Positions 59,561 to 64,000 of a stretch of DNA of 64,000 nucleotides are shown piece after piece. The DNA is from a virus (lineage: Duplodnaviria > Caudoviricetes). The notes below the pieces were generated by a model. The model saw only the letters and a program-made list of their open reading frames with translations. It did no database searches and was not told where the DNA came from. The stretch's first letter is position 1. Each line of letters starts with the position of its first letter. A program made the position numbers and the translations under genes. The DNA is taken from IMG/VR virus record IMGVR_UViG_3300033064_003431, positions 1,124 through 65,123 of that record; one strand, given 5' to 3'.

Positions 59561-62557
59561 CTAAGCGATTGTAAGTGTGGCAGTGATGCTATCGGTGCCA
59601 TCACTGACATCTTCGTCTTTGAAATATCTGAGTACGAGATAGTGTCCTTGTGTCACGGATACAGTGCCCGTAGAAGTCCCTGTACCAGTTACTCCAGCCG
59701 ACACATCTGTCAGGCCGGAAATTGAAGAAGTATTGTAGCCGGCAAATGATATAGTGTGAGATGTTGGTGAGGACGCGGTTCTGTATAGTCTCCCGCCGTC
59801 ATAGCCGTTCTCGCTGCTGGCCGTGACTGTATAAGTGAGAGTTCCGGTCTGGTTAATTAGTAGCCACAATCGCCCGTCATAGGCGCCGGTTATACTGGCT
59901 GTGACGGTGCTAGTGCCGGTGACAGAGTATGAAGCGGGAAACCCTAGCGATCCCGTTATGTGGTATGCTGCTGCATACGTCACAGGAGTACTACCTAGCG
60001 ATGTAGCCGTGACTGTTGCTGAGCCACCAGAGTACCCAGATCTCGATGTCGTGATCGTCGCAGTTGAACTCGTATTACCAGCCACCCCAGTTACCGTGAC
60101 CAGCCCACTTCCACTGATTGCTACCGAGCCCGATGCCGTTGCTGTACCAGCAAATGTATAGGCGGAGTCGTAGTTACTGATCTGTACCGTGAAACCATCT
60201 GCCGTTGATGTGGTCGCCCCAAATGTTGGAGTCAATGCGGCAGCTAGGGCTAGGGCTTGTGTTATTGTTAAATCATCTACGTATCCAGTATAGGTACTTC
60301 CACCATAGCAGTATGTTTGAATCTTAACTACCCCATTAACGGTAGGAGTGAACGTTAGAGTAACCTCTTCCCATGTATCTGCTATTGCTGTCATTGGAGA
60401 AAGAACATCAGATGATACACCAGCTATCTGATCCGCTAATATTCTTAATCCTAATGTTAATCCGGTGTTGGTTCTCCTGAGCCACGCTTTAACGGTAACA
60501 AGAGTATTGGCGGCAACAGCCACGGTGGCTATGTTTAGCGTGAGAGGATAATCACTCGTTCTAGCTGTGGAGCTTGTGGGAGCTAATGCCCAAGCTATTC
60601 CACTAGAAGTATGTCTCACGCTTGTTGTGGATACAACAGAACCAGAACTCATTAGAATAGTAGTATTTCCAGATACTCCATTATGATCCATAGAATATAG
60701 GCCATCGTCGGCACCAGGCGAGCCGGGATTAATCAAAAATTGATTAGTATTTCCCGATGCTGTGCAATTGGTGAGATAATTATATCCAACCTCTTGCCAT
60801 CCCGTAATATTTCCACTAGCAAAACAATTTATAAAAGTATTGTTGGAACTGCCTCCTCCCATTACAAATCCATAGCTAGTATTAGCATGTGAATTTATGT
60901 TTTTAAAAGTATTTAGACTAGCACCATAGATATTGATTCCGTCAGCACCATTGTTAAACATATTTCCAGAAGACACAATATTATTGTATGCATTTACTTG
61001 TGGTATTAGACCATAGAATGTGTTTCCTAATGATTTAATATTAGACACCCTGTTGCTGCTGGCACTATTATATATCCAAAAACCATAAGTGCTAAATCCA
61101 GCCAAGCAGTTAGACACAGCATTCTGATTAAAGTTACTCAATAGCCAAAAACTAGCCTGAGAACAAGCAACGCACTGAGCATTAGAGATGGTCTGGAACG
61201 TGCCCGAAGAATTGTACCCAGCATAATATCTACAGCAGCTAATCTTATCCATGGTTACATAACTCTTACTAGAAAGATCGATGCCATTGCCTTGTGAGTT
61301 CTGTCCATCAAAAAAAGTTTCCAGAGTTTGAGTACTCATGTCCGTTCTGTCCCATCCTCCTGAAAACGTTATTAGACTACCTGCTGTACCGCTGTCTGTG
61401 ATAGTCTGAACTGCGGCGGTAGTACTTGATGCTATCGTTGTTTTTATAGTTTTTCTAAAATATGTTGTTACTGTTTCTGTGGTTCCATAATATCCTCTGA
61501 GAGTAGTAGATATTGGAGTTGAGTTGGTGTCTCCATCTATCATAATTCTGGTACCATTAATACTTTGTATGGGACACCACGGTTCTGCGTTCATACCAGT
61601 TCCGGTGTTTTTGCCTATTAAAGAAGAAAGATCCATATCAAAACTGCTACCTGTTCCAACGATATTACATATCAAAAAAGTTTGTGCTCCTTTGTCTGCA
61701 TCCACATACAAGGCTACGCTCTGTATATTTCCTGTTAAACCAGAGGTGTCCACACTGACCACTGTCCAACGATTCAGTGTTAGTAGACCTGGTACTGGTA
61801 CCGTTTTGATAGAAGTTGCTCCAGCAACATCGCTACATAATCTAATACTAACATCATTTGCTACTGCCACAGTACCGCTAGTTTGCTTTATCCAAAAACT
61901 AGTAGTAGCACAACTAGATGCCAGTGTTGATGTTGTTGCTTTGTATGCCGCCAAGCCCGTGGTAAAACTAGTTCCTATAGCAATAGAATCCGAACTGTCG
62001 CCTTCTTTAAAGTCTGTGGTATTAAGAGAGGTTGTGACATTTGTGCTCGCAGTCCATACTGTTCTACCGGAACCAGCGTTTCCGTGGGACGCAAGATTTT
62101 TTACCCCTATATCACTAGCGAGTACTACTCTTGAGTTATTTCTTAATCTTACGGTACCTGATGCTCCTCCTATTCCATTGCCTGTGGATCCCGTTAAACT
62201 AAATGTACCGCTAGTAACACTAATAATTTCCCATGTTCCATTAGCATTGGTATTTGTGGTATGCCCAGTGATAACAACGGTGTTTCCAGTAGCATAGCCA
62301 TGACTTGCTAGTGTTATTACTATAGGGCTGGCGTTGGTACTGATGGCTATGCTCTTGGTTGCTGCTAAACTAGAACTTGTCCAAGTCCCGTTGATACCTA
62401 AACTTTGAGCAGCAGGGGAGCCCATTATTTTTATAGTATCTCCGGGGACTATTCTTGCTGCTGTGGCTCCACTAGTAAGTGTTTTCCATCTCGTAGCAAA
62501 GCTAGTTCCAACCCCAGCATCACTGCCACCTTCATAATCTAAGTAATACTCTGGCAT
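59561..62557 (-). CDS. tail spike/fibre-like protein with right-handed beta-helix and carbohydrate-binding-like domains
   Basis: SPIVITLASHGYATGNTVVITG small beta domain, N-x-x-x-G-(F/I) parallel beta-helix repeats (aa ~420-620), WEEVTLTFTP...YVDDL jelly-roll, and Thr/Ser-rich C-terminal domains. Confidence 0.7.
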   Translation of the reverse strand: MPEYYLDYEGGSDAGVGTSFATRWKTLTSGATAARIVPGDTIKIMGSPAAQSLGINGTWTSSSLAATKSIAISTNASPIVITLASHGYATGNTVVITGHTTNTNANGTWEIISVTSGTFSLTGSTGNGIGGASGTVRLRNNSRVVLASDIGVKNLASHGNAGSGRTVWTASTNVTTSLNTTDFKEGDSSDSIAIGTSFTTGLAAYKATTSTLASSCATTSFWIKQTSGTVAVANDVSIRLCSDVAGATSIKTVPVPGLLTLNRWTVVSVDTSGLTGNIQSVALYVDADKGAQTFLICNIVGTGSSFDMDLSSLIGKNTGTGMNAEPWCPIQSINGTRIMIDGDTNSTPISTTLRGYYGTTETVTTYFRKTIKTTIASSTTAAVQTITDSGTAGSLITFSGGWDRTDMSTQTLETFFDGQNSQGNGIDLSSKSYVTMDKISCCRYYAGYNSSGTFQTISNAQCVACSQASFWLLSNFNQNAVSNCLAGFSTYGFWIYNSASSNRVSNIKSLGNTFYGLIPQVNAYNNIVSSGNMFNNGADGINIYGASLNTFKNINSHANTSYGFVMGGGSSNNTFINCFASGNITGWQEVGYNYLTNCTASGNTNQFLINPGSPGADDGLYSMDHNGVSGNTTILMSSGSVVSTTSVRHTSSGIAWALAPTSSTARTSDYPLTLNIATVAVAANTLVTVKAWLRRTNTGLTLGLRILADQIAGVSSDVLSPMTAIADTWEEVTLTFTPTVNGVVKIQTYCYGGSTYTGYVDDLTITQALALAAALTPTFGATTSTADGFTVQISNYDSAYTFAGTATASGSVAISGSGLVTVTGVAGNTSSTATITTSRSGYSGGSATVTATSLGSTPVTYAAAYHITGSLGFPASYSVTGTSTVTASITGAYDGRLWLLINQTGTLTYTVTASSENGYDGGRLYRTASSPTSHTISFAGYNTSSISGLTDVSAGVTGTGTSTGTVSVTQGHYLVLRYFKDEDVSDGTDSITATLTIA

Positions 62558-62558
62558 A

Positions 62559-62732
62559 TTATTTTCCTATAAAAGGTACTGCTAAATAAACATAGTCTGG
62601 AATAGACAAGTTTTGGTCTTTGGATATTACTTCCACAAATGGTTGAGCTAAGTATACATAGTCCATGGTGGATAGGTCATTCTTTTTTGGTAGCTTGTTT
62701 GTTGGTAACTGGGTTATTTTTATACCGAGCAT
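62559..62732 (-). CDS. small hypothetical protein, 57 aa, not in the ORF track
   Basis: AGGAG RBS. Reads MLGIKITQLPTNKLPKKNDLSTMDYVYLAQPFVEVISKDQNLSIPDYVYLAVPFIGK*, fills the gap exactly, and has a duplicated DYVYLAxPF. Confidence 0.75.
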   Translation of the reverse strand: MLGIKITQLPTNKLPKKNDLSTMDYVYLAQPFVEVISKDQNLSIPDYVYLAVPFIGK

Positions 62733-62741
62733 AGATTTCTC

Positions 62742-64000
62742 CTAACTATAATTTTGAACATATGATCCAAACCAGGATGTTCCATCACTAATAAAAGATA
62801 GTAGATCTGTTCTACTGGCTGTTGTTGAGATTGTGGGGGCTGATCCTCCTGGAAATTTTACACTAGTAAATGAGGCAGTGAACGATCCAGCTCCGGTATA
62901 CAAGAATAATAAGAAGCTCTTGCCCGCCACTGCTGTGGGCATAGTAAATACACAATTCCCTGTTAGAGTACAGGTTTGTACGTTTCCATTTGTTAACGAG
63001 ATCGTTTTAGTTGTTGATGAGTTGCCTATTGGTACTACTTTTTCTGTGTAGTTTTCTAGGGAAGCTGTGAGATTTGCCACGGTGGTTTTGCCGTATACGT
63101 TCAAATCTTGCTGCACATCCAAAGCCGCAGCAGAGGTTGGACCAGTGAGTTGGATATCAATGCTTGGTACCGTGTACTGGTATACACTGTCGGTGGCATT
63201 GCCTATGATATACATCTTAGTACCGTCTGGTTTGATGTAAATCCCGTTTGTCCCACCGTCTTGACCCAAAACACTAAACAAGCCAACATACACTGCTGTG
63301 CTGATGTCCCAAGGAGTAGACAGGTTGTATTCGTTCACGTTGTCACTATTAGATCCAACGACGAACATTCGTGAGCCGTCCCCAACAAAAGACAATCCCC
63401 TTGAGATCTCTTCTTGATCGAAAATTGAAAATGATTGTAGGTGCGCAGCTGATGATACGTCCCAAGCGTTTGACAGAGTATATTGTTGAACTGCGTCAGC
63501 GGCGGTACCAAGCACATACATGGATAGTCCGTTAGGTTTAAAGAAAACGCTCTGAGGGCTCTGCTCTTCTGTTGTAACAGAAAAGGAAATACTCTCATAA
63601 GAAGCTGTTGTAATAGACCACGGAGTGCTTAGAGTATACTGATACACGGTGTCGTTGCTTAGGCCAACAACATACATTTTTAAACCGTCTGCTCGGAAAA
63701 ACATCGCAGTTGGAACAGAGGCTGGTGCGGATATGAGAAGAGAGGCTGAGTGCTCAGCAGATGATACATTCCAAGCGGTTGACAGATCGTATTCGTGTGC
63801 ATTACTACTGCTAGTTCCTATGACGTACATCTTTAGTCCATCAGGTCTAAAAAATACATCAGTGGCATTACTCTCTTGTCCTGAGACAGAGAAAGACACG
63901 CTATCATAGGTTGCGCCAAGCACATTAACGTTGCTCAAAATAGTGTGACCAGCCACAGTAACAAGACCTGAAGATATGCCGGTACTAGCAGTTAGCATAC
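62742..64000 (-). CDS. beta-propeller repeat virion protein (probably 5' truncated by window edge)
   Basis: Five ~50-aa repeats F(R/K)PDGxKMYVxG...DxVxQYxLSTxWxxSxA, plus a C-terminal TLTGN...FPGGSAPT...DLLSF..DG..WFG phage fibre domain. Confidence 0.75.
   Translation of the reverse strand, partial: MLTASTGISSGLVTVAGHTILSNVNVLGATYDSVSFSVSGQESNATDVFFRPDGLKMYVIGTSSSNAHEYDLSTAWNVSSAEHSASLLISAPASVPTAMFFRADGLKMYVVGLSNDTVYQYTLSTPWSITTASYESISFSVTTEEQSPQSVFFKPNGLSMYVLGTAADAVQQYTLSNAWDVSSAAHLQSFSIFDQEEISRGLSFVGDGSRMFVVGSNSDNVNEYNLSTPWDISTAVYVGLFSVLGQDGGTNGIYIKPDGTKMYIIGNATDSVYQYTVPSIDIQLTGPTSAAALDVQQDLNVYGKTTVANLTASLENYTEKVVPIGNSSTTKTISLTNGNVQTCTLTGNCVFTMPTAVAGKSFLLFLYTGAGSFTASFTSVKFPGGSAPTISTTASRTDLLSFISDGTSWFGSYVQNYS

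Noticed and set aside
1-64000. tRNA/rRNA genes, integrase, transposase, tail sheath, stop-codon reassignment
   Set aside because: None were recognised. Intergenic gaps are very short, and genes are full length under the standard code with all three stop codons used.

Overview
This window is a gene-dense segment of a large, AT-rich tailed dsDNA phage genome, probably a siphovirus because no sheath gene is recognisable. It uses the standard genetic code. The + strand (1-17391) carries a replication and modification block: the end of a Cas4/RecB-like nuclease gene, a DNA polymerase III alpha split into two genes around a DEDDh exonuclease (the second half has an HNH-type intein), SSB, a glycosyltransferase and sugar-modification cluster, a Vsr/DUF559-like endonuclease, a probable single-strand annealing protein and a three-gene adhesin-like module. 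The - strand (17399-64000) carries the tail morphogenesis block: fibres, head-tail joining genes, two tail-tube paralogues, chaperones, tape measure and tail-tip proteins. The outstanding feature is a 6929-aa tape measure protein. It is divided by nine copies of a DTVPAMLxxGEFV module and many [FYL]xxGG motifs into cassettes. Several cassettes carry recognisable enzyme motifs: two PD-(D/E)xK nucleases, a P-loop kinase, a HIGH-type nucleotidyltransferase, a HAD phosphatase, a GNAT and an HExxH zincin. It looks like a processed, virion-delivered effector polyprotein whose cargo could be reshuffled by recombination between the repeats. All assignments come from reading motifs by eye; no database searches were run, and sub-gene coordinates are approximate.
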